This document shows positions 36,478-48,254 of a stretch of 64,000 nt of DNA, in pieces. The notes below the pieces were generated by a model that worked only from the letters and a program-made list of their open reading frames with translations, was not told the origin of the DNA and searched no databases. Numbering within the stretch: position 1 is the stretch's first letter; each line of letters starts with the position of its first letter. A program made the position numbers and the translations under genes. The stretch is from Eledone cirrhosa (taxonomy: Eukaryota): the NCBI GenBank assembly GCA_964016885.1, contig OZ024747.1, forward strand, positions 93,806,001 through 93,870,000, read 5' to 3'.

Positions 36478-36796
36478 CTGGAAAGTATAGTTGATAAAGG
36501 GATAAGAGAGTGGTGGGGTTAGGGTGATGGTGGCGGTGGTGGTGGTGGTGGGGTTGGGGTGATGGTGGTGGCGGTGGTAGTGGTGGTGGTGATGGTGGTG
36601 TTGGTGGTGGTGGTGACGGTGGTGTTGGTGGTGGTGTTGGGGTGATGGTGTTGTTGTTGGTGGTGGTGGTGGTGATAGTGTTGTTGGTGGTGGTGGTGAT
36701 AGTGGTAGTGGTGTTGGTGGTTGTAATGATGATGATGGTGATGATGATGATGATGGTGATGATGATCGTCGCGATGATGATAAGGGCTCCACTTAC

Positions 36797-37003
36797 CCAA
36801 GACATTCCCTAGGAGCACAGCAGACTGCGACAGTGACCCCAGAATTCCAAAGATGGCTTGAGACAGTTGGTACTGATGGTCAGCCAGCAGGGATGGTCTA
36901 ATAACTGGTTCTTTGACCATCAGTAGGATGATGTAGAGAATGGAGAGCTGGACATCGGTGTTGGGATGGGTCAGCGAGACAGCCAGACATGACAGAGTGA
37001 GGT
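36797..37003 (-). CDS. MEI1: MEI1 coding exon 5
   Basis: ctaacag and gtaagt, 207 nt, phase 1/1. NL...LTHPNTDVQLSILY...NVL resembles vertebrate NL...LVYPSEGIQASVCY...NCL. Confidence 0.92.
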
Positions 37004-37607
37004 CTGTTAGAGAGAGAGAGAGATTTAGTGACATGTGGGTATATATATATATGAATCAAAGTTCTGTTTAAACCATTTATTCGCTTACAATTGTTTCTTC
37101 CAAACCGAGGTTTGGAGTCTTCGGAGCAATTTTTCAATGATTGTTTACATACATGACCTCCTTTTCAACACAAGAGACATACAGAAACATATGTATATAT
37201 TGATGCACAGTGGGTTAATATCCATTATAATATTTTAGCATGACAATTTACATTCAAAGATTAAAGTCATATTAAAGAACAAAATTAAAGTTAAAATACA
37301 ACATTGGCAGTTTACGAAGGTAAAGCAAGAGGATAGTTTGAAGTAGTTAGTGTATGCAATAGTTACATGTGGGGCATGCACGTGTGTCTTATTTATATAA
37401 GATTATAGTGCGGCAGGGTGTTATATGTAATACAAGCACTTTAAGCGGGCAATCAAGAGTATTATGGGGGTTGTATTGGTAAAGTATTTTTGATATGTAT
37501 GATATAGAAGCTTGTGTGTGGAGAAATATTAAAAATATTAAAAACATTAAAAATGAGAAGCAAAACAATGTTATGGTTTTCGTATACACCATTTTCACAA
37601 TCTTATA

Positions 37608-37767
37608 TAGTAATAGTATTGGTTAGTATTCAGTTTTGGTTTTAAGTTTTACCGGTTGCGCATTTCTAATGCTTTTCAAAAATAATTTTGAGATAGAGCG
37701 CCCGTGACGTTTGCTCTAATCCAGATTAGAGCAAACGTCACGGGCGCTCTATCTCGAAATTATTTTT
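37608..37767. repeat. Partial palindrome derived from a Penelope tail (loop CA)
   Basis: About 43-bp near-perfect stem around the loop at 37722-37723. The left arm extends further and matches 38012-38125. Confidence 0.9.
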
Positions 37768-37933
37768 CTTACTGGTAATAAGGTAGTAATAAATTACTGT
37801 CTTTCACTATTTAGGGTTTAAAATATATATAACTATAAAAGGTTTTAGTATATACATAACCATAAATAGTATCCTTAATACTATATATATATATATATAT
37901 TTAAAAGAATAGAGGTGTAACACACGAGTTATG

Positions 37934-38315
37934 ATATATTGGTAAACGGAAAAGAAAATGCTGACAAATTGTTCCCAGTGAAAAATAGTTTAATTAGGAA
38001 TAAGTAAAAATTAGTAATAGTATTGGTTAGTATTCAGTTTTGGTTTTAAGTTTTACCGGTTGCGCATTTCTAATGCTTTTCAAAAATAATTTTGAGATAG
38101 AGCGCCCGTGACGTTTGCTCTAATCTGGATTAGAGCAAACGTCACGGGCGCTCTATCTCAAAATTATTTTTGAAAAGCATTAGAAATGCGCAACCGGTAA
38201 AACTTAAAACCAAAACTGAATACTAACCAATACTATTACTAATTTTTACTTATTCCTAATTAAACTATTTTTCACTGGGAACAATTTGTCAGCATTTTCT
38301 TTTCCGTTTACCAAT

Positions 38316-38319
<4 letters not shown>
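37934..38319. repeat. 386-bp palindrome: 192-bp arms with a 2-nt loop (TG)
   Basis: 37934-38125 is the reverse complement of 38128-38319, with no mismatch seen by eye. Confidence 0.95.
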
Positions 38320-38380
<61 letters not shown>

Positions 38381-38386
<6 letters not shown>

Positions 38387-40272
38387 AAAGAATAGAGGTG
38401 TAACACACAAGTTATATATTGGTAAACGGAATAGAAAATGCTGACAAATTGTTCACAGTGAAAAATAGTTTAATTAGGAATAAATAAGAATTAGTAATTG
38501 TATTGGTTAGTATTCAGTTTTGGTTTTAAGTTTTACCGGTTGCGCATTTCTAAATGCTTTTCAAAAATAATTTTGAGATAGAGCGTCCGTGATGTTTGCT
38601 CTGATCTGATTAGTTTTGGGAATTCTACCTGTTTTTATGTTAAAAAAGTGGCTCCAGCACTATTAAAATTGGTTTTTGCGCCAATTCGTGTTGCAAAAAT
38701 TCTTGTGGTCAAAACAATTTTGATTGGTCGGTAGAGGTCATGTGAATGTAAAAAATTGATTTTGCGCCAAGACTGAGAAATGACTCTTTCACAACAAATA
38801 TGTGTGTGTGTGCATGTGTGTGTGTATAAGTCTCTTTGTATGTTAATGTACACGTGTGTATGTGTGTGTATATATGTGTGTATGTGTGTGTGTGAGAATG
38901 TGTGTGTGTGTGTGTGTGTGGACCAGTATTTTTTTCCTGGTAAAATGGTGTACATTATTCGATATTTTCAGTAAAATCGATTCTCTCAATAGAACATCAA
39001 AAACCCTAACAATAAAAGGTGTGAAATGATATTCACTATATATATATATTTTTTTTGTGTTGCACCATAGAACATGTGTGTTTACGTATGTCATTGTGTT
39101 TATATGTGGGTAGAGATGTGTGCTGATGTAGGTATGTATTGATACCTGTGCCGCCCAAAATCATCCCAACTTCAGAATCTTTCCCCTCTACAAATTTAAA
39201 GACAATGCCACCCACACGCAGCGCATCAGCAAGGAATCTTACTTTATTAACAAATACGGACCCCGTCTAAACACTTCTCCCTAAGACGAACCCACAACAT
39301 ACACACGTCAACATACATACCTACATCAGCACACATCTCTACCCACATATAAACACAATGACATACGTAAACACACATGTTCTATGGTGCAACACAAAAA
39401 TATATATATATATATATATATAGTGAATATATGTATATATATATATATAGTGAATATCATTTCACACCTTTTATTGTTAAGGTTTTTGATGTTCTATTGA
39501 GAGAATCGATTCTACTGAAAATATCGAATAATGTACACCATTTTACCAGGAAAAAAATACTGGTCCACCCACACACACATATACACACACACATTAACAT
39601 ACAAAGAGACTTACACACACACTTCTCCGTATAAGACAAGAGCTGAAAAATATCTTTTAACATGTTAAAATATCCCCCACTCACAGACACATTCCTACTG
39701 ACCATCCCTCTACCACGATTTACTCTGCTACACACACACACACTTGTCTTAATAGGCATTTGAACTGTCAACAGGCTGCGGTTCGCACACACATCCCTGC
39801 TAAACATTATCACAACAACGAACACTTTACTACTACTACACACACACACACACATACATATTTGTTGTGAAAGAGTCATTTGTCAGTCTTGGCGCAAAAT
39901 CAATTTTTTACATTCACATGACCTCTACCGACCAATCAAAATTGTTTTGACCACAAGAATTTTTGCAACACGAATTGGCGCAAAAACCAATTTTAATAGT
40001 GCTGGAGCCACTTTTTTAACATAAAAACAGGTAGAATTCCCAAAACTAATCAGATCAGAGCAAACATCACGGACGCTCTATCCCAAAATTATTTTTGAAA
40101 AGCATTTAGAAATGCGCAACCGGTAAAACTTAAAACCAAAACTGAATACTAACCAATACAATTACTAATTCTTATTTATTCCTAATTAAACTATTTTTCA
40201 CTGTGAACAATTTGTCAGCATGTTCTATTCTGTTTACCAATATATAACTTGTGTGTTACACCTCTATTCTTT

Positions 40273-40278
<6 letters not shown>
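38381..40278 (+). mobile_element. Truncated Penelope-like element with long inverted pLTR arms
   Basis: Arms 38381-39142 and 39308-40278 are inverted, with an extra segment at about 39625-39835. The spacer 39147-39284 encodes CAAQNHPNFRIFPLYKFK...RISKESYFINKYGPRLN, resembling a PLE GIY-YIG C-terminus. Confidence 0.78.
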
Positions 40279-40325
<47 letters not shown>

Positions 40326-40384
40326 AAATCGCCAACTCGCTATTTCTGGGATGGCTGTTCCCTTCGGTATAAAGTAACGTTCAA

Positions 40385-41392
40385 ATTTTTCTCGATTCTT
40401 CTCTCCATTCGAACCCATTCATTCAATCACTTCTATGTCCTAATTTCACACTATATCATATTTTCACCATTCTATATCATATCTTTTCTCTAAAAATCAT
40501 ATTTTCCCTATCACCGCATTTTCTCTATCGTATTTTCTTAAACAAAACAAATCTTGTATTTTCGTTTATTGTTAAATTATGCCCAATTTTTTCTCGATTC
40601 TTCTCTCCATTCGAACCCATTCATTCAATCACTTCTATGTCCTAAATTCACACTATATCATATTTTCACCATTCTATATCATATCTTTTCTCTAAAAATC
40701 ATATTTTCCCTATCACCGCATTTTCTCTATCGTATTTTCTTAAACAAAACAAATCTTGTATTTTCGTTTATTGTTAAATTATGCCCAATTTTTTCTCGAT
40801 TCTTCTCTCCATTCGAACCCATTCATTCAATCACTTCTATGTCCTAAATTCACACTATATCATATTTTCACCATTCTATATCATATCTTTTCTCTAAAAA
40901 TCATATTTTCCCTATCACCGCATTTTCTCTATCGTATTTTCTTAAACAAAACAAATCTTGTATTTTCGTTTATTGTTAAATTATGCCCAATTTTTTCTCG
41001 ATTCTTCTCTCCATTCGAACCCATTCATTCAATCACTTCTATGTCCTAATTTCACACTATATCATATTTTCACCATTCTATATCATATCTTTTCTCTAAA
41101 AATCATATTTTCCCTATCACCGCATTTTCTCTATCGTATTTTCTTAAACAAAACAAATCTTGTATTTTCGTTTATTGTTAAATTATGCCCAATTTTTTCT
41201 CGATTCTTCTCTCCATTCGAACCCATTCATTCAATCACTTCTATGTCCTAATTTCACACTATATCATATTTTCACCATTCTATATCATATCTTTTCTCTA
41301 AAAATCATATTTTCCCTATCACCGCATTTTCTCTATCGTATTTTCTTAAACAAAACAAATCTTGTATTTTCGTTTATTGTTAAATCATGCCC
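40385..41392 (+). repeat. 202-bp unit repeated 5 times in the RTE 5' UTR
   Basis: Period 202 (40554, 40756, 40958, 41160). The sister element has one copy (15540-15740). Confidence 0.93.
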
Positions 41393-41747
41393 AAAATACG
41401 GCGATCTTATCTTAAACCTTACATTCTCGCTAACAACCCATCATCCCTCCCTCCCGCCCCCACGCACCACCATTATTACGTGGACCAATCATAAGTCAGA
41501 GGCCCATACTATCGCTTAACTGGTTGCTTTTCGATATGATGGATGGACTACGGAATTCTGGAGAGTTGAAGAGAGAAAAATGTGGACGCTCAGCGACAAT
41601 GCCAAAGATAAAGCCAAATTCACCTCGTGGACGAGAATGCAAGCACTCCTCCTTGTTTCGGCCCAGGATGGCTAACATAACCCCATCCCCCCCGCGCCCC
41701 ACCGCTCCCACCCTCCAAACGCAATCCAAAACTTCAGAGTTGGTACC

Positions 41748-44700
41748 ATGAATGTAGGCACCTTAAAGGGTCGCTCTAACGAGGTTGTAGAAATGCTTGA
41801 ACGTAAGGAGGTCGATGTTTGTTGTATTCAAGAGACCAGGTGGAGGGGAGGGTCGGCTAGATTCATCGTGGGTAAAGAACGATGCTATAAGCTTTTCTGG
41901 GTGGGAAATGACAATGGGTTGGGTGGGGTAGGAATCATGGTAGCAGAAAAGTGGGCAGATAAGATAATAGACGTAAATAGAGTGAACGACAGAATAATTA
42001 AAATAAGACTTGTCCTCAATAAAACTATGGTGACAGTAATATCTGCGTACGCACCCCAATCCGGACTGCCCCGCGCTATAAAAGAGAGATTCTACGAGAC
42101 ACTGATGCTCGCTACCTCCCAAATAACCGACAGTGACTATATAGTTATTGCAGGCGACCTAAATGGTCACGTTGGACAACATTGTGACGGCTATGACGGA
42201 ATCCATGGAGGCTATGGGTTCGGTACTAGAAATGAGGAAGGCTCCAGAATCCTGGAATTCTGCGACGCAAATAACTTAACTATCTGTAACACTAACTTCA
42301 AAAAACGAGACAATCACTTGATCACCTATAGATCGGGGGAACACACAAGCCAGGTAGATTATATCCTTACCAGAAGACGTGACAGAGTGTCTGTTGTTAA
42401 CACTAAATCCCACCCCCATGAAGAATTCACCTCCCTACATAGACTGATAATTAGCGACCTCATAGTCAGGACGAGACGTACTAGACAGCGGAAGAGGACT
42501 ATCCTCAGGAGAAAAATATGGAAGCTAAAGGACTCCATAGCCAGAAATAAATTTCAAAGCAAATTACTTGACGCTTTCGACAGTAAGGAAGAGCAATTAG
42601 AGTCGTATAATATAGAGGAACAGTGGGAATTCCTGAGAGCAAACCTGCTGACGGCGGCAGACGAAGTCTGTGGCTGGAGCAGGCCTGTAGGTAGGAGGAG
42701 AGTAACATGGTGGTGGAACAGTAAGGTGGAGGAGTCAATTAAGGCCAAAAAGCAGGCTTGGAAAGTATGGCGGGATGGGGGAAGTAGAGAAGACTATCAA
42801 GTGGCCAGGAGGGAAGCTAGGAGACAAGTGTACTTCGCAAGAAAGGAAGCAGAGGAAAGAAAGTTCAAGCATGTTCTACAACGTGAGGACCAAAAACGTG
42901 AGGTGTTCAGGATTGCCAGGCAATGTGTCAAGGAAAACCGTGATATTGTCGGGGAGAAGTGTGTACTTAACGATGATGGCATACTTGCCATCACCGACGC
43001 TGATAAGAAGGTAGCTTGGAAGTGTCACTACGAAAGGCTTCTAAATGAGGAGAACAAATGGGAGAAAGACAGTCTCCCCCAGATCGATCGAATAGAGGGA
43101 CCAGCAGTGTTAGTTGAAGGTAGTATAATAAGTAAGGCAATCAAAGATATGAAGACGGGTAAGGCGGCTGGGCCTTCGGAAATAGTTGCTGAGATGCTGA
43201 AGGCATCTGGTTCGGTGGGACACACCATGGTCACCCGGATAGTTAACCAAGTCGTACAGAATGGGGTTGTTCCGAAGGAATGGCGTAGCAGCATCATCGT
43301 TAACTGCTATAAGGAAAAAGGAGATGCCCTAGATAGGAGTAACTATAGAGGCATTAAATTAATCGACCAGGTCATGAAGGTCACGGAAAAAGTAATAGCG
43401 CAACTAATCAGAGAGAGAATTGATCTAGATGAAATGCAGTTCGGGTTTGTGTCAGGCAAAAGTACCACAGACGCTCTTTTCATTGTACGACAACTACAGG
43501 AGAAGTACCTAGCTAAAAGTAAACCCCTATACTTAGCTTTTGTCGACTTGGAGAAAGCCTTCGACAGAGTCCCCCGTTCCATTATCTGGTGGTCTCTTAG
43601 AAAACTAGGTGTTGACGAATGGCTTGTGAGAGCTATACAAGCCATGTATAAAGAAACAGTCAGTAAGGTTAAAATTAACAACGAATATAGTGAAGAGTTT
43701 AGCGTAAAAGTTGGTGTCCATCAGGGCTCTGTACTTAGCCCCCTACTATTTATTATTGCCCTTCAGGCTATAACAGAGGAGTTCAAGACCGGCTGCCCAT
43801 GGGAACTCCTATACGCAGATGATCTAACGCTCATAGCTGAATCAATGACCGAACTAGAGAAGAAATTCCAAACGTGGAAGCACGGCCTAGAATCAAAAGG
43901 CCTTAAAATTAACCTGGCTAAGACTAAAGTTCTAGTTTGTAGGAAAGAAAATAAGGCGGCGGTCCCATCGGGGAAATGGCCATGCTCAGTGTGTAGGAAA
44001 GGCGTAGGTAGAAACTCCATTTTATGTCCCAAATGCAAAGTATGGGTGCATAAAAGATGTAGTGGGATCACAGGTAAGCTAACTAAGAACATAGATTTTA
44101 CATGTGGCCGGTGCTCTGGTGCAATAAGTAGCAGCAAGTGCCCACAAAATACTAGCTCCTTCAACTGCGCAGAGGGTTCTATAGAAATAGTGGACAGCTT
44201 CCGTTATCTGGGTGACAAAATCAGCAGTGGGGGAGGGTGCTCTGAAAGTACAGTAGCTAGAGTCAGAACTGGATGGAAAAAGTTCAGAGAGCTTATACCA
44301 CTATTAGCCGCTAGAGGGTTCTCCCTAAAAATGAAAGGCAGGTTATACGATGCCTGCATACGAACAGCAATGCTGCATGGTAGTGAGACCTGGGCATTGT
44401 GTGCAGAGGATATACGCAGACTAGAGAGGAACGAAGCTTGCATGCTCCGCTGGATGTGCAATAGTAATATACGTGAACGGCAAAGCATAAACGAACTAAG
44501 GAAAAAATTAGAAATAAGAGGGATCAGATGTTGTTTACTCGAGAGAAGGCTACGTTGGTACGGTCACGTGATGCGCATGAAAGACGACAGCTGTATAACA
44601 AAGTGCAAGGCAATAAAGATAGACGGTAGCCACGGAGTAGGCAGACCCAGAAAAACATGGGACGAGCTGATAAATTCCGACCTCACACGCTTACACCTCT

Positions 44701-44768
44701 CCAAGACAATGTCACTGGACCGAGACCTTTGGCGGTACTCAGTAATAGAGAAGACCCGCCTTACCTAA
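41748..44768 (+). CDS. RTE polyprotein: APE endonuclease, reverse transcriptase and PHD-type finger (1006 aa)
   Basis: APE motifs NV, IQET, YAP, GDLN, QVDYIL, HR. RT motifs NYRGI, DLEKAFD, QGSVLSP, YADD, FRYLG. C4HC3 at 43983-44114. Confidence 0.96.
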   Translation: MNVGTLKGRSNEVVEMLERKEVDVCCIQETRWRGGSARFIVGKERCYKLFWVGNDNGLGGVGIMVAEKWADKIIDVNRVNDRIIKIRLVLNKTMVTVISAYAPQSGLPRAIKERFYETLMLATSQITDSDYIVIAGDLNGHVGQHCDGYDGIHGGYGFGTRNEEGSRILEFCDANNLTICNTNFKKRDNHLITYRSGEHTSQVDYILTRRRDRVSVVNTKSHPHEEFTSLHRLIISDLIVRTRRTRQRKRTILRRKIWKLKDSIARNKFQSKLLDAFDSKEEQLESYNIEEQWEFLRANLLTAADEVCGWSRPVGRRRVTWWWNSKVEESIKAKKQAWKVWRDGGSREDYQVARREARRQVYFARKEAEERKFKHVLQREDQKREVFRIARQCVKENRDIVGEKCVLNDDGILAITDADKKVAWKCHYERLLNEENKWEKDSLPQIDRIEGPAVLVEGSIISKAIKDMKTGKAAGPSEIVAEMLKASGSVGHTMVTRIVNQVVQNGVVPKEWRSSIIVNCYKEKGDALDRSNYRGIKLIDQVMKVTEKVIAQLIRERIDLDEMQFGFVSGKSTTDALFIVRQLQEKYLAKSKPLYLAFVDLEKAFDRVPRSIIWWSLRKLGVDEWLVRAIQAMYKETVSKVKINNEYSEEFSVKVGVHQGSVLSPLLFIIALQAITEEFKTGCPWELLYADDLTLIAESMTELEKKFQTWKHGLESKGLKINLAKTKVLVCRKENKAAVPSGKWPCSVCRKGVGRNSILCPKCKVWVHKRCSGITGKLTKNIDFTCGRCSGAISSSKCPQNTSSFNCAEGSIEIVDSFRYLGDKISSGGGCSESTVARVRTGWKKFRELIPLLAARGFSLKMKGRLYDACIRTAMLHGSETWALCAEDIRRLERNEACMLRWMCNSNIRERQSINELRKKLEIRGIRCCLLERRLRWYGHVMRMKDDSCITKCKAIKIDGSHGVGRPRKTWDELINSDLTRLHLSKTMSLDRDLWRYSVIEKTRLT

Positions 44769-45270
44769 ATACAAAGTAAAAACCTACTACAGTCAGTAGG
44801 CATCTCTATCAAAACACACCCCCGTCCCACCACCTCCACCCCACCCACACCGCCCCTTTCAATGTAAAGTTATGTTGGTCCCACAACATCCAGGCCGAAA
44901 CAAATGAGATCGTGTAGGTGTCACGACAAAAAACACACAGTCCACGCTGTAAATGTGGCCGTGTAGGCAACACGGTAAAAACCTCCCAGCCCCACACTGT
45001 AAATGTGGTTGGTGTTAGGAAGGGCATCCAGCTGTAGAAAACCCGCCAGACAGTCCACGCTGTAATGTGGCCGTGTAGGCAACACGGTAAAAACCTCCCA
45101 GCCCCACACTGTAAATGTGGTTGGTGTTAGGAAGGGCATCCAACTGTAGAAAACCCGCCAGACAGTCCTATGCGAGCAAGACAACCACTCTTGCCTCAAG
45201 TGGGAAAACCCCCGTCCAAACCCATGCAAGCGTGGAACACGGACGCTAAACCTGATGATGATGATGATGA

Positions 45271-45322
<52 letters not shown>

Positions 45323-45353
45323 CCCTCCCCAAGTATAACAATATATATATATA

Positions 45354-45869
45354 TTAGTGGTTAAAGCATTGGCCTTGCAATCAAAAGGTTGTGAGTTCAA
45401 TTCTCAGACAGGGTGGTGTGTTGTTTCCTTGAGCAAGATACTTTATTTCACATTGCTCCAGTTTACTCAGCTGTAGAAATGAGATGATAGGGACTGGGGT
45501 CCCTATCATTCCACTGCAAAGTGGTCTTGGAGGTGCCACAGCAAAAAAGCACCCAGCCCACACTGTAACGTGGACGTGTAGGTGCCACGGCAACAAAGCA
45601 CGCAGCACTCACTGTAAAGTGGTCGTGGAGGTGCCACAGCAACAAAGCACGTAGCCCACACTGTAAAATGGACGTGTAGGTGCCACGGAAAAAAAAAACA
45701 CCCAGCCCACATTGCAAAGTGGTCGTGGAGGTGCCACGGCAAAAAGAGCACCCAGCACTCACTGTAAATGAGGTTGGTGTTAGGAAAGGCATCCAGCTGT
45801 AGAAATCAAGCCAGAATCAGTTCCTGTCCCACCCTTGCAAGCAGGGAAAAGCAGACGTAAAATGATGAT
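45354..45869 (+). mobile_element. SINE A with about 5 copies of the 49-bp unit
   Basis: Partial A box, B box, CORE-like centre and RTE tail. Confidence 0.87.
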
Positions 45870-46173
45870 TTGATAAATTCTGACCTTACACACTTGCACC
45901 TCTCTAAGACAATGTTATTGGACCGAGATCTTTGGCGCTACGCAGTAATACAGAAGACCCACCTTGCCTATGTACAAAGCAAAACCTACAGACATTCTCT
46001 GTCTTAGATATATAGATAGATATATACAGAGAGAGAGAGAAGGGGGAAAGAAACTGTGTGTAATTGAGTTAGTGATGATGGATAGAGACAAATAAATCAA
46101 CGCAGTGCCCCCACATGGCCACAGTCTAATGACTGAAACCAGTAAAAGAATCTGGTAATATTGTAATACTCAC

Positions 46174-46282
46174 TATAAGAATGGTAGAATGTCTTAAGCA
46201 AGTCTTTCGAACTTTCCAGCAGACGTCCCAGTAGCACCATACAAGGCATGCACTTTTCTAGGTTGGAGCTGTTATTCTGAAT
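46174..46282 (-). CDS. MEI1: MEI1 coding exon 4
   Basis: ttttag and gtgagt, 109 nt, phase 0/1. VLLGRLLE resembles vertebrate TLLGKLVD. Confidence 0.9.
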
Positions 46283-46289
46283 CTAAAAG

Positions 46290-47460
46290 TAGATAATATT
46301 TAGGTGATCAGATGAGCAATGGAAGAGGGTGCTCCGAGGCCCTAGTATCTGGAATAAGGACGGTTTGGAAGAAGTTTAGGGAGCTGCTTCCTCTGCTGAC
46401 AAAGAAGGGTTTCTCCCCATGCGTACGAAAGGCCGGTTATATGATGCCTGTGTGAGGAGTGCGATGCTGCATGGTAGTGAGACATGGGCAGCAACTGCAG
46501 AGGATATGCGACGGCTGGAGAGAAATGAGGCAAGCATGCTCCGTTGGATGTGCAATGTCAATGTGCGTGAATGACCAAGCATGGATGTGTTGAGAGAGAA
46601 ACTGTGTCTGAGAGGGATAGAATGTAGTGTGCGAGAGAGGAGACTGAGATGGTATGGACATGTGGTGAGTTGAGAGAGAAACTGGGTATAAGAGGGATAA
46701 GTTGTTGTGTGTGGGAGAGAAGACTGAAATGGTATGGACATGTGATGTGTTGAGAGAGAAACTGTGTATAAGAGGGGTAAGTTGTGGTGTGTGGGAGAGA
46801 AGACTGAGATGGTATGGACATGTGATGAGTTGAGAGAGAAACTGTGTCTGAGAGGGATAAGCTGTGGTGTGTGGGAGAGAAGACTGTGTTGGTATGGACA
46901 TGTGATGTGTTGAGAGAGAAACTGTATATAAGAGGGATAAGCTGTGGTGTGTGGGAGAGAAGACTGAGATGGTATGGACATGTGATGTGTTGAGAGAGAA
47001 ACTGTGTCTGAGAGGGATAAGTTGTGGTGTGTGGGAGAGAAGACTGAGATGGTATGGACATGTGATGAGTTGAGAGAGAGACTGGGTATAAGAGGGATAA
47101 GTTGTGGTGTGTGGGAGAGAAGACTGAGATGGTATGGACATGTGATGAGTTGAGAGAGAAACTGGGTATAAGAGGGATAAGTTGTAGTGTGTGGGAGAGA
47201 AGACTGAGGTGGTATGGACATGTGATGTGCTTCGAGGATGACCGCTGAGTGAAGAAGTGCCAAGAAATCCCAGTTGAAGGAAGACGTGGTAGAGGTAGAC
47301 CACGAAAAACATGGGCGGAGGTGGTGAGAGCAGACCTCAGATCGCTGAAACTCATCGAGGAGATGACGAAGGACCGTGACAAGTTGAGAGATGCTGTGCT
47401 GAATAGGACCTGTCCCACCCTTGCAAGCAGGGAAAAGTGGACATAGATTCATGATGATGA
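46290..47460 (+). mobile_element. RTE family 3 3' fragment with 8 copies of the 80-bp unit and its native tail
   Basis: YLGD, MLHGSETWA and GRPRKTW regions. Unit period 80 (46591 to 47151). Ends CCTGTCCCACCCTTGCAAGCAGGGAAAAGTGGAC...(ATG)n. Confidence 0.92.
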
Positions 47461-47501
47461 TATATCAAACCCCCCCAAAAAATCATGGCATTTTTACTCA
47501 C

Positions 47502-47575
47502 CTGATTAGCCGCAAAATCCAGTACCAAGTTGGTTAACGAGTCAGACTTGGCCAGATGTAGCAATTTCACACAGA
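47502..47575 (-). CDS. MEI1: MEI1 coding exon 3
   Basis: tttccag and gtgagt, 74 nt, phase 1/0, VCVKLLHLAKSDSLTNLVLDFAANQ. Confidence 0.88.
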
Positions 47576-48101
47576 CTGGAAAAGATTAATAAAAGGGGCT
47601 AGAATATTTCAGTAATTTGATCTTTCTGATACCAAACTACCCTTGGGGTTTTTTAATAGAAAACTGTCCCCCTTCTTTTTCATGCGTGCACAATTTGTTA
47701 AGTTATCTTCCAAGCACCAGCTTAATAATGAGAAAGTTAGTTATATTTCTAAATATCTCCATATATGGTATCAAAAGGGTTAAAGTGTTTATATTTATGT
47801 AAGAACCTTTGTTAAGTTATGTTCCATTAAAAATATGGTAAGGAAAGTGTTAAAGTGTTTATATTAACGTAAGAACCTTTGTTAAGTTATGTTCCATTAG
47901 AAATATGGTAAGGATAGGGTTAAAGTGTTTATATTTATGTAAGAACCTTTGTTAAGTTATGTTCCATTAGAAATATGGTAAGCAAAGGGTTAAAGTGTTT
48001 ATATTTATGTAAGAACCTTTGTTAAGTTATGTTCCATTATAAGTGTATGTAAGATCCTTTGTTAAGTTACATTCCATCAAAGGTTGAAGAAGTATATTTA
48101 C

Positions 48102-48149
48102 CTTCAATGGCTAAAGACAGAAAGTTCTCTTCTGTAGTTTCCAATAAAC
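48102..48149 (-). CDS. MEI1: MEI1 coding exon 2
   Basis: ttttag and gtaaat, 48 nt, phase 1/1. GLLETTEENFLSLAIE resembles vertebrate GLLCSMEDGSVTDLCIE. Confidence 0.88.
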
Positions 48150-48254
48150 CTAAAATGTTAAAATTATCATTATTTTTATTATTCGGAGCATGCTTGCTTC
48201 ATTTCTCTCCAGCCTTTCTCATAACAACAAATGCATGAAGGACTTCTCGTTTGC

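Larger units (their letters stand above)
40328..45274 (+). mobile_element. Full-length, young RTE family 2 LINE
   Basis: 5' end ATCGCCAACTCGC matches the copy ending at 15800. It has an ORF, a 3' UTR, a (GAT)n tail and (TA)n on both sides. Confidence 0.96.

Noticed and set aside
40328-41700. HDV-like ribozyme in the RTE 5' UTR, known from some RTEs
   Set aside because: I could not build the nested double pseudoknot by eye; a descriptor search would be needed.
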